A stretch of DNA of 63,717 bases, filler included, from Octopus bimaculoides (GCF_001194135.2; 7 parts of 7 records of this genome joined end to end with filler, not necessarily neighbours in it), one strand, 5' to 3'; shown: positions 12,243 to 25,357, numbered from the whole stretch's first letter. Numbers and translations are program-made. The notes: a model not told the origin generated them from the sequence alone.

Positions 12243-12312
12243 CTCCCACATAACAGGAACAGATGCCTCTCTGTAGTTATCACCATGTTCGTCCAGTTTA
12301 TTGGATAAAAAC
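12243..12312 (-). CDS. TFPT: TFPT-like exon 3 (R-FLSNKLDEHGDNYREASVPVMWE)
   Basis: Acceptor atattttag, donor GAG|GTATGT, 70 nt (phase 2 to 0); completes the split Arg codon and matches TFPT RFL...LD.YGD.Y. Confidence 0.92.
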
Positions 12313-13497
12313 CTAAAATATATAAATATAAAGTAATAATTAAATAAAGACTGGGAGGAGATGAAATCATTAATAAAAAGCTACAGAGTAAGTAATTAAG
12401 AAATGAACACTGGTCATGGATGTGTAGATAAGAAGTAAAACTTCATAACTGCAAGGCTCCTGGTTCAATCCCACTGCACAGCATTACTTTGAGTATCTTC
12501 CACCATGGCCTTTGATGGGCCAATGTTATGTAAGTGGAATCTGAGTTATGAAAACTCTGCAAAAGCTAATTAGATGCCTGTATGTATGCATGTAAAGTAG
12601 TTTCACAAACAATCAAGGTATGAATAATTTTTACAATGCAGTAATTAGAGGACTTCTAAGTTTCATGCCAACAGAGGCAATGATCACACAAATTTTTGGT
12701 GAAGAATTTTATTTGATAAATTTTATTGATTATATAATTCTGAAAAATCATCTGCTGTTTGCCTTTGTCTGTATAAATCTTAGTCATCTACAACCAATAT
12801 ATTATAATATATGAGTCTGTATTTGAATGTTATCAACCATTAACATCATCATCTTCACACTGGCACAGGTTGCACCTGTTTTCTGAGGTAATGTTTTATG
12901 GCTGGAAGTCCTTCCTGTCACCAACCCTTTTAGCTGCCTTTTATAAGACAGCATGAAGTATGATGTGCCTATTCTAAAACTAGGATGCATACAGTATCTT
13001 AACATCTGTTTTCCATGATGGCATTAATTGAGCAGTTTGACAGGATCCGACATTGGAACATGATGCAGTTGAAGGACCACATCATGCTCCAGTGGTCGCT
13101 TTGGCATGGTCCCTATATAGCTGAATCTCATAATATTAGTGGTGGAAGGGCAGATATAAAAATTTTTATTTTAATGTTGGTTAATTCTCAATAATCACAA
13201 ATTTCCTGCATGTTTATCAAGGCCACAAGATATGTTTCTCACTGAACCTGTGCTCAATTGCCACAGGTCACTAACTTCCAAGGAAAATACCATAATAGCT
13301 GGAGGGTAAATAAACTGTGGAAAGAAGTGTATAGCCTGTTGAACACCTGCAGCAGATATGAATTAATGAGTTACTTTAAATGTGAAATTAAAACATAGTT
13401 CTGTATAAAATACAAACTAGAGACACAGATTCTCTAATCAAAATTATTATTACCACAACCAATAATACACTCTTCCCAGAAATATACAGAAACTCAC

Positions 13498-13568
13498 CGT
13501 CTTTCTTTCTTGAATCTTTTTATGAGTTTTTTCACATGTTGAATGCGGTTTACTATCCTTTCATTTGA
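13498..13568 (-). CDS. TFPT: TFPT-like exon 2 (SNERIVNRIQHVKKLIKRFKKER+)
   Basis: Acceptor ctcttttcag, donor CG|GTGAGT, 71 nt (phase 0 to 2); most conserved TFPT motif. Confidence 0.92.
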
Positions 13569-14282
13569 CTGAAAAGAGATAACGATATTATAAAAGTTGA
13601 GATGAAGAGTGATGAAGAGGGTTTTTTTTTTTTTCTTTTGCTGTATGAGTAGTTAATGAATTCCCTGTTACTTATGTCAAAATTTCATCCTGTGACCATC
13701 ATTCCAGGTGTGAGCATATCTATCATACCATAATATATTTGATATAAATGTATCCTGAATATTTAGCCATTTTGAAAAGGATGTATTTCAGGAAGATTTG
13801 GCTCCAATTTGTTACAGATCAAGCAATGTAATGCTGAAAAATACTTGGTAAGAGCATTGGTTTTGTGTTGCAATGTGAGCTAGCTTCCTCACAACAAAAG
13901 AAAACAAAAATACAAAAATGAAAAATATGCACCTTCCAACAAGACTATTATTTTGACCCTTCCTTTCCTAAGACACTAAAAACAGTCAATAGGGAAATCT
14001 AAGATTTCAAAAGTTTTAAAACCAAACAAAATCACAAACATACATACAACTAAATTCCCAAGAGCCTGAACCACTTACCCATGTCTACATTTTAGATTCT
14101 AGAAAGCAAGGTAAAATCATAAAATTTTTAAAGCAAGTGAAATAACATTAGTACCCTCTTACATACAAACCAGAAAATTTTCAACATCACTAATCCATGT
14201 ATTCTTGTCTCCGAACTGCAACATGGATTCAACCTATTTCACTCAATCACTATTCATAGGATATACAAAAATCAACAACATA

Positions 14283-14805
14283 AGCGTCAGTAGTGGTGTG
14301 CAAGAGAGACGATTGCGCTGGTTTGGACATGTGGTGAGAATGAATGAGGATAGCTGCGTGAAAAAGTGCCACTCCCCAACAGTTGAGGGAACCCGTGGAA
14401 GAGGTAGACCCAGGAAGACCTGGGCTGAGGTGGTGAGGCAAGACCTTCGAACATTGGGCCTCACCGAGGCGATGACTACTGACCGAGACCTTTGGAAATG
14501 TGCTGTGCGTGAGAAGACCCGGCAAGCCAAGTGAGATCGTTGCCAGTACCCCTGGATTGACTCTTGTGCGGGTGGCACATAAAAGACACCATTTCAAGCG
14601 TGGCCGTTTTCGTGCGGGTGACACGTAAAAGCACCCACTACACTCTCTGAGTGGTTGGCGTTAGGAAGGGCATCCAGCTGTAGAAACTCTGCCAAATTAG
14701 ATTGGAGCCTGGTGTAGCCATCCGGTTGCACCAGTCCTCAGTCAAATCGTCCAACCCATGCTAGCATGGAAAGCGGACGGTAAACGATGATGATGATGAT
14801 GATGA
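14283..14805 (+). mobile_element. 5'-truncated RTE-clade LINE (RT C-terminus, 3'UTR, (GAT)n tail), antisense in TFPT intron 1
   Basis: VQERRLRWFGHVVRMNEDSCVKKC...VEGTRGRGRPRKTWAEVVRQDL...DRDLWK...* is the typical RTE ORF end. Confidence 0.9.
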
Positions 14806-17355
14806 TAAATCTGCCCACATTTATCGTTCTGACTGCCATCAACAAAGCTTTTAACTTAATTCCTCACTATCCACTTACACAAAAAAATTCTCAAAACCAT
14901 CTAAAGAAACAATACCAAGCATTGGCTAGTCAAGCTTATGAAGTGTACAATAAAAACATTTCCAAAACTTGCAAATTCCCACCCAAATGAAATAACAAAT
15001 TGATGCGTTGTCTCACTATTCTTTTCAAGTTTTACCTACAAGACCTTCCCAGATTAAACAGACAACCTTTTATGTAGAGGACATTACACACACAAACCTT
15101 CCCTGACTCTCTAGACACAGCTAAAGAACAACATCCTGACTTCAATCACATTGAAATTTGTCCAACATACTTAAAGTAGCACCTACCAAATTCACTGTCT
15201 GTAAGAATACTAACAATAACAGACAACAACTAATACAACCAATCAATAACATCAAAATATCACACACACACAGAAAACAAATATACTAGACGTTATATGC
15301 AACTCCTCTAAAATATTCTCAACACACAGATGACAATAAAGAAAGCAGAATTTCACACTAACAGACTTAGAGCAATCACAGGTACCACATTTGGCCAAAT
15401 AGAAAACACCAGCTGCATACAAAGCAATAGATTAGATCCATCATGGAGAAGGCTTTAACCACCTTTAACTCCAATCTTTCTATTTTGTACCATAACAGGC
15501 TGTACATAAAATACTTACAGACCACTTGCACAGCAAAACACAAATAAAAGACATAACCACCTGAACATGTGAAAAGTACAGTTTGTGTGATTGCTGAATG
15601 TTTCAACTTCTTGAGTCCCGTCACTACATGTTAAGTCACTTCCAAACACACAACACTCCAGAGCATCGCTACAACAACATTCTAAAAACATTCTCAAACA
15701 AATGTACAAGAACACACACACAAACAATTGCAAATTCATCAAATACTGTTTGGGATGGTACAAATAAGTGCAGAAGAACAGCAACAGTCATATTTCAACC
15801 ATGTCCATTTTATCGGTCTCCAGTGTGGCACTATCAGAATCTGTGGAAGACCAGACAGTAAGAGTACAATGTAGTCCTAGAATATTTGTAGTTATATGAT
15901 GAACATTGTAAGTACAGTTAACTTCTTTACCTCATTAGGCTCTGTTCATATATTTCAGCAGTATACTGTAATGAACCAGTGTTTGGCGAATCACCACACA
16001 AGTGTTGTGTATGCAAGTATTATCAAAGTACTAGACAAGTTACTTCTTTGAGTCTCATATCCCACTGTCAAATCTTGTAGAGCTTATGCACTGGTGAGCC
16101 TCAAACAATGTTATGGAACAGGCTAGTGTCAGAATAGTGTGCTGGGTACTTTTAACGTGGCACCAGTACGGGTGCTATATATAAATCTCACACAAATACA
16201 CAATTTCAGTCTACCAAATCCACTCACAAGGATTTGATTGTCCTGAGGCTATAGTAGTGGACTTACCAAAATCCTCTCTACTACAGCCTCCAGGTTCAGT
16301 CCCACTATGTGGTTAGGAAGCAAACTTCTTAACCATACAGCCATGCCTCGACTTATAACAGATTGCCAGCATGCCTGTTAACAGTTACCTATCACGGTCA
16401 GTCTTTATTCTGTAGATCCAAGCGATCAATCTATCTATCTACATAAATACAATAAGGGATATAGAGCAAACATAAAAAGTAAACATGAGGCTACGCATAG
16501 CACTTTAGCGCTTTCTCAATTTGCAGGAATTTATTTCATGACGATCGCACAAAGAAATTTAAATTCTACAGAATTTGTTAAATACCTTGAGGGTCTAATT
16601 CTTAAATTTTAGTTTATTGTCTTAAAAAATTATAAAATAAAAGCATTTTACGAAAACAAATCGGTTTACATTAAGTTTGCGTCGCTTTTATTTTATTCCA
16701 AAGAAAACAATTCTTTCACTGCAAAGTTCTGGAAAATGACGATCTCTGCCGACTTTAGTTTCACTTTCTGCACCATTAATTTATTTCTTAAACGCAAAAA
16801 GCAAATAACAGAACATGCGAGCGATATATTATCACCCCCAACGACTAAAAGGACATTAACTATTGGGACCATAACGACTTCTCCAACCAATGTCAACGAA
16901 GAAATGCGGACATACACACATACACAATAAAATTGCGTGAGTATATAAACTATGCAAAAGTTCACATGCTTGTTGGAGATATTTTTGTCACGCTGTATAA
17001 ACACTATAAACACTATCTCTCTGCATACAAGATGAATATAAACGTTCATTTATATTCTCAATAAGGCTGCAATAAATAGAGGAAACTCATCGAGGTGTTC
17101 GCGAGTCCAGCCTGGCTTAACAACAGGGATCTATTTTCACAAGGACGCTAAATCTGCTTATTAGACATAAGCAGGTGAATTTACTCACAATTTATTTGTG
17201 TATGCGTGTGTGTGTGTATATATAACACGTTTCATTGAGTGGTAAAGCAACAAAAGAAATTCGAAACAAGTTATGCAGAAGTGAAAATATCATACCACAT
17301 GTAAAAGTAATAGAATAACAAAGATCTAGGTGTGTGTATATATACTTATATATAC

Positions 17356-17388
<33 letters not shown>

Positions 17389-17456
17389 TACTAGTATGCT
17401 TGTAGGTAGCACAGGTGTTGTGTAGGTATTTGTTTACAGTCAGACCGTCTTCTTAC

Positions 17457-17558
17457 CTGCTGAAGTGTGTCGCATTTCTTCTTTAAGATGCAGTATTTAT
17501 GCAGAAAAACGTTTTCTTGAGAATATTTCTCAATCTTAGCTTCCAGGCTCTCCGCCAT
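17457..17558 (-). CDS. TFPT: TFPT-like exon 1 (MAESLEAKIEKYSQENVFLHKYCILKKKCDTLQQ)
   Basis: ATG in good context (AGAATGG), in-frame TAA 10 codons upstream (17589-17591), 102 nt, donor CAG|GTAAGA, phase 0. Confidence 0.9.
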
Positions 17559-18447
17559 TCTTGCACTTGTTCTCTCTGTCTTCCTCTTTTAGTCTTTTAG
17601 TCTCTCTCAACTACCTTGTAGAACTTTCGTTCCTGCTTTTTGGTTTGGCTTTCACGGATGTCGTATTCCTTCTTTCTTTCTTTTCTTTCTGTGGTTTGTA
17701 TTACTTTTAATAGCTATTAACTAATAATAAATAATATTTCTGTAATTATTTTCTTATGTCCTTTTACTTTATACTTAATTTAGAATTTCTGGAAATTATT
17801 TTCTCTTCGTCGTATGTATTGTGAGGTTTACTTTTTTCTTTTCCTTTTTTTTTTCGGATTTTTGTTGTTTTTCTTTCTTTTTTTGCTTTTTCGTTGTTTT
17901 TCTTTTCTTTCGCTGCTTTTTCTTTTAGTTTAAAATTGTTAAATGTTTTTTGTTTGTTTTACAGAACCTCTTTTCTTTTAGAGCTTTCTGTTACTTGTGA
18001 AGATAAAAAGATGAATAGGACAAACACGAAAATTAGGAGCCGTTGGGTTGTTGTGGTCTAAATTACTTTTAAGGATGATCTGGACACATCCAAGCGACAC
18101 ACCGTTAGGCCCAAGTTGTCAGCCTGAAGAATTTCTGTTTTTGAAAAAGAGGTTTGGCTGCGAATCCACCGAACAAAAATCAATTCGTGCCAACAGGGGC
18201 AGATAACTACGAACCAACTTCCGCTAAGAAGAGAGCCTCTACAGGATCGTTCAACCTGCTAGAAACACCAACGTAATCACCTTCATATCATACAGGGAAA
18301 ATACTAAGAGATACTGCTCTATACAGTCATTTGACCTGAGTCAGATTGTAACGGTTATTGATAGAACGATGAAGATCATTTTTTATAAGAAAATATTTAT
18401 TTTTGCCGTTACATTCTATGTTGCCATACCACGACGGGTAGGCCAGT

Positions 18448-18889
18448 GTAATAGTATATAAAACATGCAAGGTTAAGGATTTAGGCCTGTATCTGTATGT
18501 ACCTTTTTTTCTAGCAGTAATTATATATAGAGAGAGACGGTAGGGTCATAGAGAAAAAGAATTGCTAGCTCGTATGCCTGCTTGTGTCCATGGCTTCAGC
18601 TGCCCAGTCGCCACGACCAGCGACCAAGCTGTCGAGGCGTCACTGCTGGTGACTAATGAGAGAGAGAGAGGAAGTTTTCTTGGTGGTCCCCTGTTTTTAT
18701 AGCCATGAATCCGGGCAGTGAGTGCAAACGATTTAGCTTGTTTATCTCTATTCTAGATAGAGTAGAAGAGGTCAGGAAAAGGTCAAATGGTGGAGACACC
18801 GATTCGGCCTAGCTATTCAAATTTGGGTAAAGTGGATCGAATCCACTTCACGTCTGCCAGGTTCCTACAAGATTAACTAGGAGAATGAC
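18448..18889 (-). mobile_element. Possible solo LTR upstream of TFPT
   Basis: TGT...ACA ends and an internal TATAAAA on the minus strand; no TSD found. Confidence 0.25.
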
Positions 18890-19643
18890 ATGTAATTTTA
18901 GAAGTTCTGCATCCGTTGTCAATACTGAATTTAAGCGTAATTAAGACAGTATTTTTGAAACGGTGTGCAGTAAGTTTTTTTGTTTTTTTTAAGTAACTGA
19001 AGGATTTAGAAAACTAATAGCTGCAGGCATGGCTATGTGGTAAGACACTTCTTTCACAACCACATGGTTCCGGGTTCAGTTGCACTGCGTGATATTCGAC
19101 CTTGACGAGTGTCTTCTACCACAGCCCTGGATCCACCAGAGCGTTGTGAGTGGAGATTTGGTAGGCGGAAACTGAAAAAAGTGCTTCGTATGTGTATATA
19201 TATATATATATNNNNNNNNNNNNNNNNNNNNNNNNNNNNNNNNNNNNNNNNNNNNTTAATTAATTAANNNNNNNNNNNNNNNNNNNNNNNNNNNNNNNNN
19301 NNNNNNNNNNNTACATACATACATACATATATATATATGTATATATGTGTGTATGTATGTATATATGTATATATATATATTATATATATATGTTATATAT
19401 ATTTTTAAAATCTTGGGGAATAATAAGTATTCCAGGTTATCAAAACATTTACTATTTTACACTTTACCAATGCAATGTAAGCAGTATCATTTATAATATC
19501 ATTACAAATTTGGGATTTTACCAACGGAACCGCAGCTTCTATTTCAGGATAACCGTATTGTATGGAATACACATAGAAAGTTATATCCAATAAAATAATA
19601 ATAAAAAATAATAATAACAAAATAATATAAGCATTCAAAAAAA

Positions 19644-20059
19644 ACTACTATAAAATACTATAAAATTATTTGAAAAAATATAACTTACCTGTTATTAGTT
19701 TGTGGGGAAAGAAGATATTTTTAATCAACGCTACACATATTTCTGCGCCGGTGGAGTGTTTATTTAGGCTATACCTAATACATAAAATCCACCAGTGCGT
19801 CCTCAGGTTATTTATCTTATTGTTTTTATTATTAACGGATCAAAGTTAGAAATACATATATGTCATATTAAATAGAAAAATAATAAAAATATAATAAAAA
19901 TATATAAATTACAAATATATTTTAAAAATTAAAAAAAAATTTTAAATTAAAGAAGTAAATACCTAGAATTAAAATACTGATATATATATAAAATATCTTC
20001 TTTTCCCACAGACCAATAACAGGTCTGTGGGAAAATAATTTTATAGTATTTTATTGTAG
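19644..20059. repeat. Long AT-rich inverted repeat (fold-back/MITE), right end lost in gap
   Basis: About 19644-19722 pairs with about 19990-20059 (ctataaaattattt...acctgttatt.gt.tgtgg.aaagaagatattt). Confidence 0.6.
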
Positions 20060-20866
20060 NNNNNNNNNNNNNNNNNNNNNNNNNNNNNNNNNNNNNNNNN
20101 NNNNNNNNNNNNNNNNNNNNNNNNNNNNNNNNNNNNNNNNNNNNNNNNNNNNNNNNNNNNNNNNNNNNNNNNNNNNNNNNNNNNNNNNNNNNNNNNNNNN
20201 NNNNNNNNNNNNNNNNNNNNNNNNNNNNNNNNNNNNNNNNNNNNNNNNNNNNNNNNNNNNNNNNNNNNNNNNNNNNNNNNNNNNNNNNNNNNNNNNNNNN
20301 NNNNNNNNNNNNNNNNNNNNNNNNTATATATATATATATATATATATGCATTTAAATATACACAGATGGCACGGTGCACAAGTTCATTAAAATTTGATCT
20401 TTAACTGATTAGTATGTTGACACGTTCGATTTGCTTCGATCAAATGACTTTAGCTTGCTAAAAATAGCAGAGAAATCCTCCTCTTTCTGTCTTTTGTTTT
20501 ATTTTTCAAATCACTGTTTATTTAAAAGAAAGACAAATAAAATATATTGCATAATGTAGTCTTAGATATAAATTGCCTGTAAAAAGAAAAACAAAAAGAG
20601 ATGAAAATGTCATGGATGTGATCTATTCTGCCAAGGATATGCTTGATCAAAGGACTGAAAAATAAAACCAACAACAATAAGAAGAAATTGTATATTGCAA
20701 TTTTCAATAAACATGTCAACAAAAACACAAGGAATTCATGAATCGGAATGTGGACGATGGGGCGTTGCCGTTTGGGCGCTGGTGTATTGGTACGGCTGAC
20801 TGGACATTGAACCTATTTTCACAACTGTACGTTTTTGTCCTGAGGTCAAACACTCACAAACACACA

Positions 20867-20905
<39 letters not shown>

Positions 20906-20981
20906 ACGAACATACAAACATACAAACAAGCAAAAAATACGCACGCAGTGGAGAAATGTCTATCTATCTATACAGACAGAC

Positions 20982-21033
<52 letters not shown>

Positions 21034-22968
21034 TGATTGATTGATTGATTGATAGACAGAGAGAAAGAAAAAGACATTAAAATCTATTAATTGAAACCAG
21101 CCAACATATTACATAAAGTGAAGCAGGAAGTTAAACGAAGTTTAGTAGCCGAGTAATTTAGTAGTTGCGATCACAATTTAGTTACCTACGAAAATAAAAA
21201 CTAAATTTTTAGAGTGGCAAGCAGTTCTGGCAATAAAGCGTTTGATATAAAATAAGTCACCATCGAATTGGCGGTACCATAGAGGCTAGACGCCAAAACG
21301 GTTGCGCCATAACTTCTCACAGCCCTCATGACTGGAACGCTTTTGATCAAAGATACGTGTTTAATCAAGGTTGTGTTGAAATTAACAAACAACAACAAGT
21401 ATACAAGAAAACGTTGGAAAATGTAGTCCTAGATACACTGTCTGAAAAATAAAATTGGGCTGTTCATATTTAGAGTGTCTTTGGTTTATAGCTTTAATGG
21501 CAGACAGGAAAACTGGATTGATGTGGCTTGGTGCGGACTGATGTCGACTGATGAAGACTTCTGTTGCCAAACAAAAAGAATAACAGCTGAAAGAATTGAT
21601 GAAATCTTGAAAGACGTAGCTGTGTGGTAAGAATTTTACTTTCCAACCACGTTTCTGCATGGCACCTTGGCCAAGTGTCTTCTACTATATCCTTGCACCT
21701 ACTGAAGCGTTGTGAGTGGATTTGAGAGACGGAAACTGAAAGAATCTCATTGTGGTGTGTGTGTGTGTGTGTGTNNNNNNNNNNNNNNNNNNNNNNNNNN
21801 NNNNNNNNNNNNNNNNNNNNNNNNNNNNNNNNNNNNNNNNNNNNNNNNNNNNNNNNNNNNNNNNNNNNNNNNNNNNNNNNNNNNNNNNNNNNNNNNNNNN
21901 NNNNNNNNNNNNNNNNNNNNNNNNNNNNNNNNNNNNNNNNNNNNNNNNNNNNNNNNNNNNNNNNNNNNNNNNNNNNNNNNNNNNNNNNNNNNNNNNNNNN
22001 NNNNNNNNNNNNNNNNNNNNNNNNNNNNNNNNNNNNNNNNNNNNNNNNNNNNNNNNNNNNNNNNNNNNNNNNNNNNNNGAGAGAGAGAGAAAGAGAGAGA
22101 GAGAAAGAGAGAGAGAGAAAGAGAGAGAGGGAGTGTGTGTGTGTGTATGTGTGCGTGTGTGTGTGTGTGTGTATGTGTGTGTGTGTGTATGTGTGTATGT
22201 GTGTGTGTGTGTGTGTTTTGGTGCGTTTTCATCACTGTCACTTGGCACTTGGCAAAAGAGACCGATAGAATAAGTAACAGGCTTGACAGAAAAAGTGCTA
22301 GGGCTGATTCGATCGACTGAAAATTCTTCAAGGTGGTGCGCCAGCATGGCCGCGGTCTAATGAGTGTAACAAGTAAAAGATATAAAAGATATTGCTGACT
22401 TGGTAAAAGCTTATGCAACAAATATGCAAATTTGTCCACCCTTTTTTTCTTTTTTAAACTGTATTGATTGCCTCAGACACTCATAATTCATGCTTATGAA
22501 ATAAAAACAAAAATGAAAAAACTTTATCTAGATACAATCTGGATGACCCGTTCTGGATGACCCATGTCCACTTTGGTACATCAGGAAGATCTAGTCGATA
22601 CCTATCAGACAACTGGAAGATTCTGAGCAGATTTTTTGAGGCTTTGTGACTCCTCTTCTTCTATGATCTTTGGAAACAATTTTTCCAAACTCGGAATTTC
22701 CTAAACTAGGAATGAACTATCATCGTCAGTTGTTAGCAGTGAAAACACTGAACCTTAAAGAAATTCTATGCTTCTCGACATTCGCCAACATTATTCCTGG
22801 TGTGCCTATGAACCCGCTTCTCTTTATGATTCTTCTAACGTTCGTGTTTCTGTTACTAAGTTTTACTCTGTCCACTGTGCGCTTAATTCTAACCTTCATT
22901 GTTGTTTTTCTTTATTTGACTTATGTGTCTGCTTTCTATGCCATCTTTTTAACTGTTTCTAACGAATT

Positions 22969-23345
22969 ATGATAATAATAATAATAATAATAATTATTAT
23001 TATTATTATTATTATTATTAATTCCAGGGCTCCGACAATTATTGGTACTACCACCACCTTTTTCAGCGACGACAACTGCTTAAATTCCCAAGCTAACCTG
23101 TCATATCTATCGACTTTTCTTTCTTCCTTATCGCATCTGTTGGTATTGATACATCGATTAGAAAGCAGTCTTTCTCTTGGTGATCCCTGACAACTATATC
23201 CGGCGTATGGGTCTTAATTTCTCTATCTGTGTGTATTGGCATATCCCATAGTATGGTTGCATTCTCATTTTCTATTACCTTCTCTGGCGTGTGCCTATAC
23301 CATCTTCTTTCTGTTGTTATTCTGTTGTGTTAGCATAGCTCCAGT
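22969..23345 (-). mobile_element. R4/Dong-like LINE 3' fragment abutting a (TAA)n(ATT)n array
   Basis: EEKKVDRYDRLAWEFKQLSSLKKVVVVPIIVGALE on the minus strand. Confidence 0.7.
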
Positions 23346-23558
23346 GTACATTATTATTAATCGTTAGCACGCCAGGCGAAATGTTTAGGGGCATTTCGTC
23401 CCTCTTTACGTTCTGAATTCAAATTCCACCGTGGTCGACTGTCCCATTTGTCCTTTAGGGGTCGATAAATTAAGTACCAGTGAAACACTGGGATCGATGT
23501 AATCGACTATCCTCCTTCCTCAAAATTTCATAGCTTGTGCCTTTTGTAGAAAGGATTA

Positions 23559-23608
<50 letters not shown>

Positions 23609-23629
23609 GTTGTTGTTGTTGTTGTTGTT

Positions 23630-24475
23630 GTTGTCTTTGCACAGCTTCTAACGCTGGAGATGTGCTACGGTGTCAGCTGTTCAATACCAGTGAACTAAGG
23701 TAACACCCCCTTATTTTTCGAGCAACATCCTGAGTATTCGAGTGCTTCCAGGCAGTGCTGTTAACTGCAAGTGCTTCACCATTATTGCAGCCCCTATTTG
23801 TTCTATGTACTTCTTAAGATTTTTACTTAATATCCCTAGGGCTCTGACAATTATTGGTACTACTACTACCGTTTTCAGCACCACAACTGCTTAACCTCCC
23901 AAGCTAACCTGTCATATCTATCGAATTTTCTTTCTTCCTTATCGCATATCTTGTTGTCAGCTTGGAATGCTATATCTGTGATCCGGCATCGTTTGCTTTC
24001 TTTTTCAATCAACACTGTTTGGTTTCCTATTCTCTATCGCACTGAATCATAAAATCCCATAGGATCTTTGCATTATCATTTTCGATGATGCATTCGTACC
24101 CCTTTTTTTTTTGCTTTGTCAAGTCCATACTTGTTTCAGAGTGTCCAATGGACAATCCTTGCTATATTGTAATGACGTCTCTAATATTCTATCTGGACTA
24201 GTGGCGTACATTGACTGGTAATATGCCTTACAGTTTCACCATTCTGTCCACAAATTCTGTACTTATCACTTTCTGATGTATTGACTATTGTGTAGTTGAT
24301 GTAATTGATTCTTAATGCTTGCTCTTGTGCAGCACAGATTAAAGCCTCCGTTTCCGGTTATAAATCACTTTTAGTCATCTATAGCTATCTTTTTTCTCTG
24401 TCTTATTTCAACATCCCTATGAAATTGTCCATGATTTTTTTCTTTATCCACCTATTTTCAATTTTATTCATTCTC
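23630..24475 (-). mobile_element. R4/Dong-like LINE 3' fragment
   Basis: Encodes EEKKIRYDRLAWEVKQLWC...VVVVPIIVRALG-like C-terminus; flanked by (ATT)n/(GTT)n arrays. Confidence 0.7.
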
Positions 24476-24541
24476 AAGTCCTTGTACAGTGCTTTATCTT
24501 TGCAATCATTATTATTGTTGTTGTTGTTGTTGTTGTTATTA

Positions 24542-24587
<46 letters not shown>

Positions 24588-25308
24588 CATTATTATTATT
24601 ATTATTATTATTATTGAATGAGAGAGCAGCGAATGCAATCAAAGTGACATTGGGGTAAACTATATGAAACTCACTACACCCATCAGGACTACCCATTTGA
24701 TAAGGGTACACCAGGCACATGCATCACAATTATACGTGCGCCACATAGTGATTTCATATCAACATAAACAGCACATGACTTGCAGATAGGACCTAGCTAG
24801 AATTTTCTTCAGGTCGAGTAGCCCAACCCGCTCAAAAGGTCCCTGAATAAAGTTTATTTTAAGGATGATGAACAAAACACCTATGTTTCCAGAGGTGAAT
24901 TATTCAAACCCCAAAGAATTCCTCTCAGCACATGGCTATGATGCTATCCCACTACTTCTGGTCGTGATCAGAGATGCCCATATCGTCAGCCACTAAAGGA
25001 CATGACCAACTGGTTACGATAAAGCAACTGACAAGCAAATCTATGATATTGAGTTGAATATTTGCTGTAGCCAATTTTTTATACCAAGACAAAACAATGA
25101 TAACACTTTCAATCAATTACGATCAAAAGTCATAGGAGCCACTGCCTGGTACTGCATCATGACATTTATTATTAATATTATTATTATTATTGTTGTTGCT
25201 GTTGTTATTGTTTCCTTTGCACAGCTTCTAACGCTGGAGGTGTACTACAGTGTCAGCTGTTCACTACCAGTGAACTAAGGTAACACACCTTATTTTTCGA
25301 GCACCTCA

Positions 25309-25357
<49 letters not shown>

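Larger units (their letters stand above)
2155..17558 (-). other. TFPT: Whole gene span (CDS start to stop): TFPT/INO80F-like protein with C-terminal HMG box, 6 coding exons, 262 aa
   Basis: Six exons join in frame with GT-AG introns and matching phases (0,2,0,0,0). Protein: MAESLEAKIEKYSQENVFLHKYCILKKKCDTLQQ/SNERIVNRIQHVKKLIKRFKKER-R/FLSNKLDEHGDNYREASVPVMWE/EDQIY...KNAFLTFYEHHKNIVQDEYFQ/RTGEEIPHHVLIAKVTDNWHNLTPEKKQ/VYYDMYERVKE...VKQEMET*. The N-terminus matches the TFPT coiled coil as I recall it (KY..L...C....Q.NER..NR...V......R...ERRFL...LD..GD.Y). The symbol rests on that recognition, not on a search. Confidence 0.88.

Noticed and set aside
19256-19267. TTAATTAATTAA islands in the middle of N gaps (also 28150, 33168, 56447, 61074, 62358)
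   Set aside because: The identical 12-mer has stops in all six frames and always sits between N runs, so it is an assembly spacer, not biology.
19689-19773. Apparent minus-strand exon with a good GTAAGT donor
   Set aside because: The donor side lies in one arm of the 19644-20059 inverted repeat, and the peptide links to nothing.
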